From NCBI RefSeq assembly GCF_963921235.1, contig NC_086097.1, positions 181,972,001-182,036,000 of the forward strand: DNA of 64,000 nucleotides, given 5' to 3'. A program made the translations under genes and the position numbers. Positions 23,147 through 35,930 of the stretch are shown piece by piece (within the stretch, counting starts at the first letter, position 1; each line of letters starts with the position of its first letter). The notes under the pieces were generated by a model. The model ran no database searches. It had not been told where the DNA came from and was given only the letters and a program-made list of their open reading frames with translations. Origin of the DNA: Mobula hypostoma (lineage: Eukaryota).

Positions 23147-24835
23147 CCCTTACATACTGTTCGTATTCTATACCTTCACAGTATGGTCCGGGTCAATTTT
23201 GACCCGGCCCAGGAATCCCCTCATAATAAGTGTCTATACCAAATTTTGAATCACAGATCTATTTAGAATGTATAAATAGCTGATATGACATTAATAAATG
23301 GGTTATTAATCCTTAACTAATGTTTTAGAGATCTAAAATCCATTTCAATAGATACGGGTCAAATTTGAACAGCCTCAATGTACAAAAATTTGTATTACCT
23401 GTACAAAAGTATAACATTTTTAAATATGCAGACACGAGGAAATCTGCAGATGCTGGAAATTCAAGCAACACACACAAAAAATGCTAGTGAACGCAGCAGG
23501 TCAGGCAGCATCTATAGGAAGAGGTACAGTTGACGTTTGGGGCCGGGATCCTTTGTTAGGACTAACTGAAAGAAGAGATAGTAAGAGATTTGAAAGTAGG
23601 AGGGGGAGATCCGAAATGATAGGAGAAGACAGGAGGGGAGGGGTGGATCTAAGAGCTGGAAAGTTGATTGGCAAAAGGGATACCAGACTGGAGAAGGGAG
23701 AGGATCATGCGACAGGAGGCCTGGGGAGAAAGAGAAGCGGGGAGGGGAGCCCAGAGGGTGGAGAGCAGGCAAGGAGTTATAGTGAGAGGGACAGAGGGAG
23801 AAAAAAGAGAGAGAGAAAAAAAGGGGGGGGGGGGAATAAAAAAAATATAAAATAAATAAATAAATAAGTGATGGGGTGTAAAGGGAAGGAAGGGCATTAA
23901 CGGAAGTTAGAGAAGTCAGTATTCATGCCATCAGGTTGGAGGCTACCCAGACAGAATATAAGGTGTTGTTCCTCCAACATGAGTGTGGCTTCATCTTGAC
24001 AGTAGAGGAGGCCGTGGATAGACATATCAGAATGGGAATGGGATGTGGAATTAAAATGTGTGGCCACTGGGAGATCCTGCTTTCTCTGGCAGACAGAGCA
24101 TAGGTGTTCAGCGAAACGATCTCCCAGTCTGTGTCGGGTCTCGCCAATATATAGAAGACCGCACCGGGAGCACCGGACGCAGTATATCACCCCAGCCGAC
24201 TCACAGGTGAAGTGTCGCCTCACCTGGAAGGACTGTCTGGAGCCCTGAATGGTGGTGAGGGAGAAAGTGTAAGGGCATGTGTAGCACTTGTTCCACTTAC
24301 AAGGAAAAGTGCCGGGAGGGAGATCGGTGGGAAGGGATGGGGGTGACGAATGGACAAGGGAGTCGTGTAGGGAGCGATCCCTGCGGAAAGTGGGGGGGGG
24401 GAAGATCTGGAGGTGGCGGAAGTTATGGAGAATAATATATTGGACTTGGAGGCTGGTGGGGTGGTAGGCGAGGATAAAGGGAACCCTATTCCTAGTGAGA
24501 GCAGATGTGTGTGAAATGGGAGAGATGCGTTTGAGAGCAGAGTTGATGGTGGAGGAAGGAAAGCCTCTTTCTTTAAAAAAGGAAGACATCTCCCTCATCC
24601 TGGAATGAAAAGCCTCATCCTGAGAGCAGATGCGGCAGAGACGGAGGAAATGCGAGAAGGGGATGGCATTTTTGCGAGAGACAGGGTGGGAAGAGGAATA
24701 GTTTTTCATTTTTGCGCATTTTGATGACTTTAGGAAAAGACATCAAATTTCTGCTTAAAAAAATGGCATTTAGAGTGTTTTTACTGCTGTCAAATGTCAG
24801 AACGGGTCAAATTTGACCCGACCAGTACGTAAGGG
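23147..24835. mobile_element. piggyBac-type non-autonomous element, interrupted by a PLE
   Basis: TTAA at 23143-23146 and 24836-24839. TIRs CCCTTACATACTG and CAGTACGTAAGGG. Subterminal palindromes CGGGTCAA(T/A)TTTGACCCG. Confidence 0.88.
23429..24702 (-). mobile_element. Penelope-like element (Neptune-like), 5'-truncated, GIY-YIG endonuclease
   Basis: ORF 23897-24709: Cys-rich linker CKWNKCYTC then VIYCVRCSRCGLLYIGETRHRLGDRFAEH. Degenerate hammerhead near 23527-23564. Confidence 0.92.
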
Positions 24836-25281
24836 TTAAATCCTACTCGGGGACCTGTGAGTTGCCTTCTCTCTTACTCCCAATTCGAATGGCCTACTGG
24901 AAAAACATGTCATCCACTTTCTGGGTGGCAAATTTACCCTCTGGTTCCTTTTAAATCTTGCTTCTCACTTTAAACATGTGCCCTCTCATTCTTGATTTTC
25001 CACCCCTTGGAAAAAGGCTATGCATTTACCTCATAATTTTATACACCCCAACAAAATCACTCCTCATTTTCCTCCATTCCAATGAAAGTCCTTTCCAGTC
25101 CTTTTCAACTCTGTCCGTAACTGAGTTTTTAGAGTCCTTGTAAATCTTCTGTGCACTCTTTCTTAATAACAGCTTTCCTATAGCAGGGTGACGAAAGCTG
25201 AATGTAATGTTCCGAATGATGTCCCTCCCTTGTAGAAATGCGGCACAACAACCCAACTCTTGTACAACTCTGTAAAGAATG

Positions 25282-25615
25282 CACAGTAGTGTAGCAGTTA
25301 GCACAATGCTTTACAACACCAGTAGTCACCAACCGGAGTTCATTTCTTACTGCTGTCTGTAAGGAGTTTGTACGTTCCTCCTGTGACCGCGTGGGTTTCC
25401 TCTTGGTACTTGGGTTTCCTTCCATGTGCCAAAGACGTACGGGTTTGAGTTAGTTAATTGAGGGCATACTCTGTTGGTGCACCAACTGTGCTGACACTAA
25501 TGGGTTACCCTCAGCACAGTCCAGGGTCTGTTCATTGTTGATACAAGTGATACATTTTACTGTATGCTTCAATATATTGATGTACATGTGAAAAATAAAG
25601 CTTATCTTTAAATCT
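25282..25615 (+). mobile_element. tRNA-derived V-SINE (HE1-like)
   Basis: tRNA-like head followed by V-domain-like core TGTAAGGAGTTTGTACGTT..GTGACCGCGTGGGTTTCCTC..CCAAAGACGT and an AATAAA tail. Confidence 0.75.
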
Positions 25616-26946
25616 TTACTCGATGTCCTGACTGATGAAGGCCAGTGTGCCAAAGGCCTTTTACATCATCGTCAAATCATAGAACACTACAGCACCGAAA
25701 CAGGCCTTTTGGCCCATCTAGTCTGTGTCAAACCATTAATCTGCCTCGTCTCATCGACCTACACCCAAACCATAGGTCTCCATACCCCTTTTATCCATGT
25801 ACTTATCCAAATTTCTCTTCAATATTGAAATCAACCCTGCATCCACCATTTGCACTAGCACTTCGTACCACACTCTCATCAGCTTCTGAGTGAAGAAGTT
25901 CCTTTCTCCCCCCCACCCCGTTCCTCTGAAGCTTTCATCTTTCACCCTTAACCTCTTGTTAGAGTGTCACCAAACCTCCGTGGTAAAAGCCTGGTTGCAT
26001 ATAATTCAGGTCCTGAAGTCCTGCAACATCCTTAAAATTTTCTCACCAATGTTTTATACAATTTCAACATAACATCCCAACTCCTCTACTTAATACATTG
26101 ATTTATGAAGGCCAATGTGCCAAAAGCTTTCTTTATGTCTCTATCAAGGAATTATAGATCTTTACTCCAAGATCCTTCTGTCCTACTGCACTCCTCAGTG
26201 CCCTGCTACTCACTGTATAAGACTTACCCAGGTTTGTCCTCACAAAGTGCAACACCTCATACTTTCTACATTAACTTCCATCTGCCATTTTTCTAGCTGG
26301 TCTCGATCTGGCTGCAGTTTTAATAGGCTTCCTCACTTTCCAGTAGACCCCTAATCTTGGTGCCGTCCTCAAGTTTTGAAGATCCATTCCATGTTGTTGA
26401 TATGGATGACAAACAACGGACACAGCAACATCCCTGTGGCACACCACTTGTCACAGGCCTCCAGTTAGAGAGGCAACCATTCACCGGCTTCTTCTGTGAA
26501 GCCAGTATGTAATCTAATTTACTCCCTCATCTTGAATGCCACGTGACTGAACCTTCTTGACCAACCTCAAAAGCAGGACCTTGTCAAAGGCCTTACTAAG
26601 ATTCATGTAGTCATCATCCACTGCCTTGCCATAATCAACTTTTCTGGTAACTTCCTTAAAAACTCTGTAAGTTTGGTTAGACGTGACTTATCACACAAAT
26701 CTTTGTTGACTATCCCTTAGCAGTCCATGTCCATTCTAATACTTGGTATATCTGGACCCTTTGACTACCTTCCAATAACTTTCCCACTGCTGATGTCAGG
26801 CTCACCAGTCTATAATTTTCTGGTTTATTCTTGAAGCCTTTCTTAGACAACAGAACAACATGAGTTATCCTCCAATCCTCTGGCACCTCACCCGTGGCTG
26901 AGGGTGTTTTAAATATCACTTTTGAATGCCTCGTATTTACCAGGTA

Positions 26947-27831
26947 CAGTCGGCCCTCCTTATCCGCGAGTTCTGCATGTGCGAATTCAACCAACCGCGA
27001 ATAGAGAAAACCCGGAAGTGCTCTTCCAGCACTTGTTCGAACATGTGCAGACTTTTTTTTCTTGTCATTATTCCGTAAACAATGCAGTATTACAACTATT
27101 TTACATAGCATTTACATTGTATTAGGTATTATAAGTAATCTAGAGATGATTTAAAGTATACGGGAGGATATGCGTAGGTTATCGTGGATCGGGAACTGAA
27201 AAAAAACCGGAGGTTCTCTTACTGAGTAAGTCGGAACAGGTACATCTGGTATTATTTAGCGGCAGTTACTCAAACGTTTGTCTTAGTATATAGCATATAT
27301 TTTACCTTTCTATGCATATAAAATACTTAAGAAACGTATGTTTCAGCGCCGGGCTTGGGAACTTCCGTTCCCGAGTTCAATCCAGTGACAGATCGCTCCC
27401 GAGTGCGCCGTTCATCCCTGTCGGGTTGATGCGGAGGATCAAAAACCCAAAAGCCAATAATTAAACCACTACGTTGCTGCGTAATTGTTGCTTTAATTGG
27501 GCAGGGCCTTTCTCATTTTATCCAACTGTAGCCTAACGCTTTTCCAATGACTGATGGTGATTCACCTCTTTCTGATTGCTTTATTATTTCCACTTTATCT
27601 TAAATCGCGATCGTGATTATTTTCGTGAACAGAAACACTGCGGATTCAGAGCTCCGCCGCCGGGTCCTAATGCCCATCGCACTGAGACAGGTTAAGTAAG
27701 GTCCGGGGTTCCGCTGGGTCCCAAGGTCCACCGTGTTGTGACAGGTTGAATAAGGGACTTGAGCATCCGCGTTTTTTGGTATCCACGAGGGGTTCCGGAA
27801 CCAATCCCTCATGGATAAGGAGGGCCAACTG
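26947..27831. mobile_element. Tigger/pogo-type MITE (MER2-like)
   Basis: TA TSD (26945-26946, 27832-27833). TIRs CAGTCGGCCCTCCTTATCC and GGATAAGGAGGGCCAACTG. Second copy at 44711-45639. Confidence 0.92.
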
Positions 27832-29397
27832 TACATTTTTTGTAGAAAACAACATATCCCAATCCACATTTACCATATCCTTTCTAATTGCTTCAAAATT
27901 GCCATTCTCCAATTCTGAATCTCAACCCAAGGACTAGAGATATCCTTTTCCATACTTAACTCGAAACTAATGGCATTATGATCACTCGGTGCAAAATATT
28001 CCCCTGCCCTGTCACCTGCTGTCTCATTCTTTAGGAGATCTAGTATCGCACTTCCTCTAGTTGGGACTTCTATATACTGTTAAGGAAACTTTCTTGAACA
28101 TATTCGATGAACTCACTCCCATCCAACCCTTTTACATTATGGGAGTCCCAGTCAATATGTGAAAAGTTAAAATCATCTGCTATCACAACCTTATGTTTCT
28201 TGCAATAATACCATCTTTCTACAAATTTGCTCCTTTAAATCCCATGGACTGTTTTGTGGTGTATAATATAATCCCATTAATATGGGAATACCTTTCTTAT
28301 TCCTCAATTCTATCCATATGAGCTTCTCAGTCTCTGATTGAGCACTGCCATGACATTTTTCTTGACTAGAAATGCCACTTCTACCCCCTTAATCTCTCCT
28401 GCTCTATCATGCCTAAAACAACGGAACCCCAGAACATTGAGCTGCCAGTCCTGTCCCTACTGCATCTCTCACTAATGTCTACAGTCATAATTCCATGCAG
28501 ATCCAAGCGCTTCGCTCATCTGCCTTTCCTGCAATACTCCATTGAAGTTCACGCAGTTCAGAACATTCGCCCCACCATGCTCAACCTTTTGATTCCTGTA
28601 GGGAAGGCTTAGCAACATCTTTCTCTACAGCTACTCCACTATCTGTTCTGGTGCTCTGGTTCCCATCCTCCTGCAACTCTGGTTTAACTCCCACCCTACC
28701 TCCCGTGTAGCACAGCAAACCTGCCTGCTAGGAAGCCATCCTTTCTACCTATGATACCACTTTCAAGCAATCATGCTTTACTAGATGGAATGATTCCTTG
28801 AAAGGATTGAAATTCAAAGCTATCAGAAGCAGTAAGTACAGATGATTTCTTCTTCATCCTTCCTGTCCTTCACCCTTGAAGCACATATTTAACTGGATAG
28901 TTGGTGGACCTTGTTCCCAACCAAATGGAAATGATATTTTTGTTGGTTGGAATCTTTCAGGATTGAATGTGGGTGATTTTTATCATGAAGGACCTGATTG
29001 CTTTCACTTGGAGAAGTGCTGCCACTGGGTTTGAGATCTGTAATGTGTGTGAGACTGGTGTAGTGACAGCAGCATGTTCAGGCTGTTGACTGCAGTCATT
29101 AGAGGAGCAACTGAATTTAAACAACAAGCTTCATGACCTGTCAGTTATGATGTAAAAACACTGGGTCAGCCCATTTCAAGCTGATCCCTTCAATGGAAGA
29201 TCATCACTGTGGAGCTTTTGTGAGAAACCTTGCATCGGTGATTCAACTAAGCTGTGTCTGGATCTTATGTAATTTAAGGGCAGCTTGTTGAGTTCAGTAA
29301 TCATCCACTGAGTGGAAGTATCCACCTCATTCTGTTGTCCTGTGGCAGTGGCTATGGGCAATGCTTCATCAGTCAGACATGCTAGCCCTAGCATTAT

Positions 29398-29526
29398 AGA
29401 AATGCAAGAGATTCTGGAAATCCGGAGCCACCCACACAGAATGCTGGAGGAACTCAGCAAGTCACGCAGCATCTATGGAGGGAAATAAGCAGTTAATGTT
29501 TCGGGCTTAGACCCTTCATTTGGACT
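29398..29526 (-). mobile_element. Old Penelope 3'-end fragment with degenerate hammerhead
   Basis: ATGCTGGAGGAACTCAGC...GCATCTATGGAGG...GTTTCGGGC..AGACCCTTCAT. Confidence 0.65.
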
Positions 29527-30599
29527 TTTGTATTCTATTCCTAACAATATGGACCTGATTACAACACCAAGCCCATGAAACCGCTTATTAAGAGACCATT
29601 ATTTAATGTTCAGGTCAATAAACTGGATGGTATATCACGATTCTGATTGTGGAATCTTGGTATGTAGAAGCATGCTCATTCACTTCATAAACTGCAAGCG
29701 ATTACATGACAGAAGTGTTCACCTGCTTTGAACCATCCAGATAGCATGAGTGGAAATTTAAAAGTATTTAAATACTCTTGTTGAAAGTTTTGTAATTAAA
29801 GCTTCAAATTATTGATTGATTTTGCATTTCCATTGTTGCACTTAGTTTGTGACATCTATGCTGAGCAATCTCGCACCAGTATGCTAATGCTGGCATTACT
29901 TAGTCTCAGCAGTGAGAATGAGTACATGTTCACAGAAAGATGGACTTTGTCCTGAAGTACCTCTTGAACTGTGTAAATTGTACTGTAGAATCGCAGAGAC
30001 AGTCCTATTCTGGGCAGTCAGTTTCAAGCTAGAAGTTGTGTATTTAAAACTAAAGTAGATACTGGTGGAGGAAGTAAAAGCCTAAGAGATCCACGGAAAA
30101 GTGGAAAGTTGGATTCAGAACAGTGGCAGGAAGCAAGTGACACATAAGTGTGATAATTATGGTGGTCAGCCCTGTTACCTCGAGCTTGTTTTGGCACTTG
30201 CAATGTCATAATTAGTCCAAAACCACACTTTCCTATCCAGTGCCATATTTGCTGATTCCATTGGTACATAATACCAATTCTTCTCTGCCTTTGATTGTAC
30301 TCAGTAACACAGCTTGTGCAGTTCTTGAGGCACACACACTTCTGGGTATAAATAGAGGCAGGAAAAATATGCTCAACCTTTATAAAGCTCTGGCTGGCCT
30401 CAGCTGGAGTATTGTTTTCATTTCTGGTTACCTCAGGAAAGGAAGGACATGGCACTGAAGATGCTTCAGACAAAATTTACAAGAATGTTTCTGGGGTGAG
30501 GGACTGCATAAAATCATAGAACAATACATGCACCCAGGCCCTATGACTCAACAAGTCCATGCCAACTACAGTGCCAGTCTGGCTAGCTCCAATTTCTTG

Positions 30600-33098
30600 G
30601 GCCTCACCTTTGTCCCCCTTCGCCCACACCTCAGCGAGTTCCGTGTTCGCCATGATGCGGAACTCTTCTTCCACTGTCTCTGTCTCCAAGCCTACTTCTT
30701 CGGCAAGGACTCTTCCACCCCCACCGATGACCCCTTCTCCCGTCTTCAACCCTCCTCTTCTTCATGGACACCCCGCTCTGGTCTTCTGCCTGCTCTGGAT
30801 CTCTTTATTGCTAACTGCCAACGGGACATCAACCATCTCGACTTCACCACATCTTGTTCCCATTCCAACCTCACTCCTTCCAAACGCTCTGCTCTCCACT
30901 GCCTCCGCACTAATCCTAACCTTACTATTAAACCCACCGATAAGGGGGGTGCTGTTGTAGTCTGGCGTACTGACCTCTATCTTGCTGAGGCACAGCAACA
31001 ACTCGCGGATTCCTCCTCTTATTTAGTGGGGATCGTGACCCCACTAATGAGCACCGGGCCATTGTCTCCCACACCATCACCGACTTTATCCGCTCAGGGG
31101 ATCTCCCATCCACTGCTACCAACCTTATAGTTCCCACACCTCGCACTTCCCGTTTCTACCTCCTACCCAAGATCCACAAACCTGCCTGTCCTGGCAGACC
31201 TATTGTTTCAGCTTGCTCCTGCCCCACCGAACTCGTTTCTGCATACCTTGACATGGTTTTATCCCCCCTTGTTCAATCCCTTCCTACCTATGTTCGTGAC
31301 ACTTCTCACACTCTTAAACTTTTCGATGATTTTAAGTTCCCTGGCCCCCACCACTTTAGTTTCACCATGGATGTCCAGTCCCTATATACTTCCATCCCCC
31401 ATCAGGAAGGTCTCAAAGCTCTCCGCTTCTTTTTGGATTCCAGACCTAATCAGTTCCCCTCTGCTCCGTCTAGCGGAATTAGTCCTTACTCTTAATAATT
31501 TCTCCTTTGGCTCCTCCCACTTCGTCCAAACTAAAGGTGTAGCTATGGGCACCTGTATAGGTCCTAGCTATGCCTGCCTTTTTGTTGGCTTTGTGGAACA
31601 ATCTATGTTCCATACCTATTCTGGTATCTGTCCCCCACTTTTCCTTCGCTACATCGATGACTGCATTGGCGCTGCTTCCTGCACGCATGCTGAGCTCGTT
31701 GACTTTATTAACTTTGCCTCCAACTTTCACCCTGCCCTCAAGTTTACCTGGTCCATTTCCGACACCTCTCTCCCCTTTCTAGATCTTTCTGTCTCTGTCT
31801 CCGGAGACAGCTTATCCACTGATGTCTACTATAAGCCCACTGACTCTCACAGCTATCTGGACTATTCCTCTTCTCACCCTGTCTCTTGCAAAAATGCCAT
31901 CCCCTTCTCGCAATTCCTCCGTCTCCGCCACATCTGCTGTCAGGATGAGGCTTTTCATTCCAGGACGAGGGAGATGTCCTCCTTTTTTAAAGAAAGGGGC
32001 TTCCCTTCCTCCACCATCAACTCTGCTCTCAAACGCATCTCCCCTATTTCACACACATCTGCTCTCACTCCATCCTCCTGCCGCCCCACTAGGAATAGGG
32101 TTCCCCTGGTCCTCACCTACCACCCCACCAGCCTCCGGGTCCAACATATCATTCTCTGTAATTTCCGCCACCTCCAATGGGATTCCACCACTAAACACAT
32201 CTTTCCCTCCCCCCGCCGCTTTCCGCAGGGATTGCTCCCTACGCGACTCCCTTGTCCATTCATCCCCCCCATCCCTCCCCACTGATCTCCCTCCTGGCAC
32301 TTATCCTTGTAAGCGAACAAGTGCTCCACATGCCCTTGCACTTCCTCCCTTACCACCATTCAGGGCCCCAGACAGTCCTTCCAGGTGAGGCGACACTTCA
32401 CCTGTGAGTCGGCTGGGGTGATATACTGCGTCCGGTGCTCCCGATGTGGCCTTCTATATATTGGCGAGAGCCAACGCAGACTGGGAGACCGCTTTGCTGA
32501 ACACCTATGCTGTGTCCGCCAGAGAAAGCAGGATCTCCCAGTGGCCACACATTTTAATTCCACATCCCATTCCCATTCTGACATGTCTGTCCATGGCCTC
32601 CTCTACTGTAAAGATGAAGCCACACTCAGGTTGGAGGAACAACACCTTATATTCCGTCTGGGTAGCCTCCAGCCTGATGGCATGAACATTGACTTCTCTA
32701 ACTTCTGCTGATGCCTCACCTTCCCCTCATACCCCATCCGTTATTTATTGATATACACACATTCTTCCTCTCACTCTCCTTTTTCTCCCTCTGTCCCTCT
32801 GACTATACCCCTTGCCCATCCTCTGGGTTCCCGCCCCCCACCGTCTTTCTCCCTGGGCCTCCTGTCCCATGATCCTCTCATATCCCCTTTGCCAATCACC
32901 TGTCCAGCTCTTGGCTCCATCCCTTCCCCCTCCTGTCTTCTCCTATCATTTTGGATCTCCCCCTCCCACTTTCAAATCTCTTACTAACTCTTCCTTCAGT
33001 TAGTCCTGATGAAGGGTCTCGGCCTGAAACGTCGACTGTACCCCTTCCTAGAGATGCTGCCTGGCCTACTGCGTTCACCAGCAACTTTGATGTGTGTT
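30600..33098 (+). mobile_element. Penelope-like element (Neptune-like), longest copy, RT plus GIY-YIG, frameshifted
   Basis: TIKPTDKGGAVVV, MDVQSLYTSIPH, QTKGVAMG, FLRYIDD and LYIGESQRRLGDRFAEH. 14-bp TSD GCTCCAATTTCTTG at 30586-30599 and 33099-33112. Confidence 0.95.
33001..33038 (+). ncRNA. Minimal type I hammerhead ribozyme
   Basis: Stem I TAGTC/GACTG, core CTGATGA (33006-33012), stem II GGGTCTCGGCCT, GAAA, palindromic ACGT stem III. Predicted cleavage after C33033. Confidence 0.85.
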
Positions 33099-33248
33099 GC
33101 TCCAATTTCTTGTGTTTGCCCTATATTTCCACCCCCAGACCCTGCCCCAACCCTCTGTTACATATATAATCACAAATTAGCAAGGCTTCGACTGTTTGCT
33201 TTAGAAAGGACTGAGGGGGATCTGATGGATGTTCAAGATGGTGCTCAT

Positions 33249-35875
33249 CATAGAAACCATAGAAACTACAGCACAGAAATAGGCCTTTTGGCCCTTCTTG
33301 GCTGTGCCGAACCATCTTCTGCCTAGTTCCACTGACCTGCACACGGACCATATCCCTCCATACACCTCCCATCCATGTATCTGTCCAATTTATTCTTAAA
33401 TGTTAAAAAAGAACCCGCATTTACCACCTCGTCTGGCAGCTCATTCCATACTCCCACCACTCTCTGTGTGAAGAAGCCCCCCCCAATGTTCCGTTTAAAC
33501 TTCCCCCCCCCACCCTAAACCCATGTCCTCTGGTATTTTTCCTCCCCTTGCCTCAGTGGAAAAAGCCTGCTTGCATTCACTCTACATGTAGCCATCATAA
33601 TTTTATATACCTCTATCAAATCTCCCCTCGTTCTTCTATGCTCCAGGGAATAAAGTCCCAACCTATTCAACCTTTCTCTGTAACTGAGTTTCTCAAGTCC
33701 CAGCAACATCCTTGTCAACCTTCTCTGCACTCTTTCAACCTTATTTATATCCTTCCTGTAATTTGGTGACCAAAACTGAACACAATACTCCAGATTCGGC
33801 CTCACCAATGCCTTATACAACCTCATCATAACATTCCAGCTCTTATACTCAATACTTTGATTAATAAAGGCCAATGTACCAAAAGCTCTCTTTACGACCC
33901 TATCTACCTGTGACGCCACTTTTAGGGAATTTTGTATCTGTATTCCCAGATCCCTCTGTTCCACTGCACTCTCAGTGCCTTACCATTAACCCTGTATGCT
34001 CTATGTTGGTTTGTCCTTCCAATGTGCAATACCTCACACTTGACAGTATTAAACTCCATCTACCATTTTTTAGCCCATTTTTCCAGCTGGTCCAAGTCCC
34101 TCTGCAGGCTCTGAAAACCTTCCTCACTGTCTACTACACCTCCAATCTTTGTATCATCAGTAAACTTGCTAATCCCAATTTACCACATTATCATCGAGAT
34201 CATTGATATAGATGACAAATAACAATGAACCCAGCACTGATCCCTGTGGCACACCACTAGTCACAGGCCTCCACTCAGAGAAGCAATTCTCTACCACCAC
34301 GCCCTGGCTTCTTCCATCGAGCCAATGTCTAATCCAATTTACCACCTCTCCATGTATACCTAGCGACTGAATTTTCCTAACTAACCTCCCATGCGGGACC
34401 TTGTCAAAGGCCTTACTGAAGTCCATGTAGACAATATCCACTGCCTTCCCTTCATCCACTTTCCTGGTCACCTCCTTGAAAAACTCCAATTGATTGGTCA
34501 AACATGACCTACCACGCACAAAGCCATGTTGACTCTCCCTAATAAGTCCCAGTCTATCCAAATGCTTGTAGATTCTGTCTCTTAGTACTCCCTCCAATAA
34601 CTTACCTACTACCGATGTTAAACTTACTGGCCTATAATTTCCCAGATTACTTTTCGATCCTTTTTTAAACAACGGAACAACATGAGCCACTCTCCAATCC
34701 TCCGGCACCTCACCTGTAGACAGCGACATTTTAAATATTTCAGCCAGGGCCCCTGCAATTTCAACACTAGTCTCCTTCAAGGTCCGAGGGAACACTGTGT
34801 CAGGTCCCGGGGATTTATCCACTTTAATTTTCTTCGAGACAGTAAGGACCTTCTCTTTTTCGATCTGTACAGTTTCCATGATCTCACTACTTGTTTCCCT
34901 TAATTCCATAGACTTCATGCCAGTTTCCTTAGTAAACACAGATGCAAAAAACCTATTTAAGATCTCCCCCATTTCCTTTGGTTCCGCACATAGCCAACCA
35001 CTCTGATCTTCAAGAGGACCAATTTTATCCCTTACAATCCTTTTGCTCTGAATATACCTGTAAAAGCTCTTTGGATTATCCTTCACTTTGACTGCCAAGG
35101 CAACCTCATGTCTTCTTTTAGCCCTCCTGATTTCTTTCTTAAGTATTTTCTTGCACTTCTTATACTCCTCAAGCACCTTATTTACTCCCTGCTTCCTATA
35201 CACGTCCTACAACTCCCTCTTCTTCTTTATCAGAGTTGCAATATCCCTTGAGAACCAAGGTTCCTTATTCCTATTCACCTTTCCTTTAATCCTGACAGGA
35301 ACATACAAATTCTGCACTCTCAAAATTTCTGCTTTGAAGGCTTCCCACCTACTGATCACATCCATGCCAGAGGACAACCTGTCCCAATCCACGCTTTTTA
35401 GATCCTTTCTCATTTCTTCAAATTTGGCCGCCTTCCAGTTAAGAACCTCAACCCTAGGACCAGATCTATCCTTGTCCATGATCAAGTTGAAACTAATGGT
35501 GTTATGATCACTCACTGGAACCAAAGTGCTCCCCTACACAGACTTCTGTCACTTGTCCTAACTCGTTTCCTAACAGGAGATCCAATATTGCATCCCCTCT
35601 AGTTGGTCCCTCTATATATTGAATTAGAAAACTTTCCTGAACACATTTTACAAACTCTAAACCATCTAGACCCCTAACGGTATGGGAGACCCAATCAATA
35701 TATGGAAAATTAAAATCCCCTACCACCACAACTTTATGTTTCCTGCAGTTGCCTGCTATCTCTCTGCAGATTTGCACTTCCAATTCTCTTTGACTATTGG
35801 GTGGTCTGTAATACAATCCCACTAATGTGGCCATACCTTTCCTGTTTCTCAGCTCCACCCACAAGGACTCAGTGG
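33249..35875 (-). mobile_element. Relatively young 5'-truncated CR1 LINE
   Basis: ORFs 35508-35864 (YRPPN, GDFNFP endonuclease), 34169-35203 ([20 protein letters not shown]) and 33515-33964. (CATAGAAA) tail repeats. Confidence 0.95.
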
Positions 35876-35930
35876 CAACATAATGTTCCCATTTAGCTAA
35901 AATTCATAGTCACAGCTGTTGCTTTCACTA

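Larger units (their letters stand above)
24915..28740 (-). mobile_element. Fragmented CR1 LINE(s) with nested SINE, CR1 tail and MITE
   Basis: [13 protein letters not shown]...NYRLVSLTS in ORF 26710-27111, plus endonuclease remnants at 27840-28560. Confidence 0.8.
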
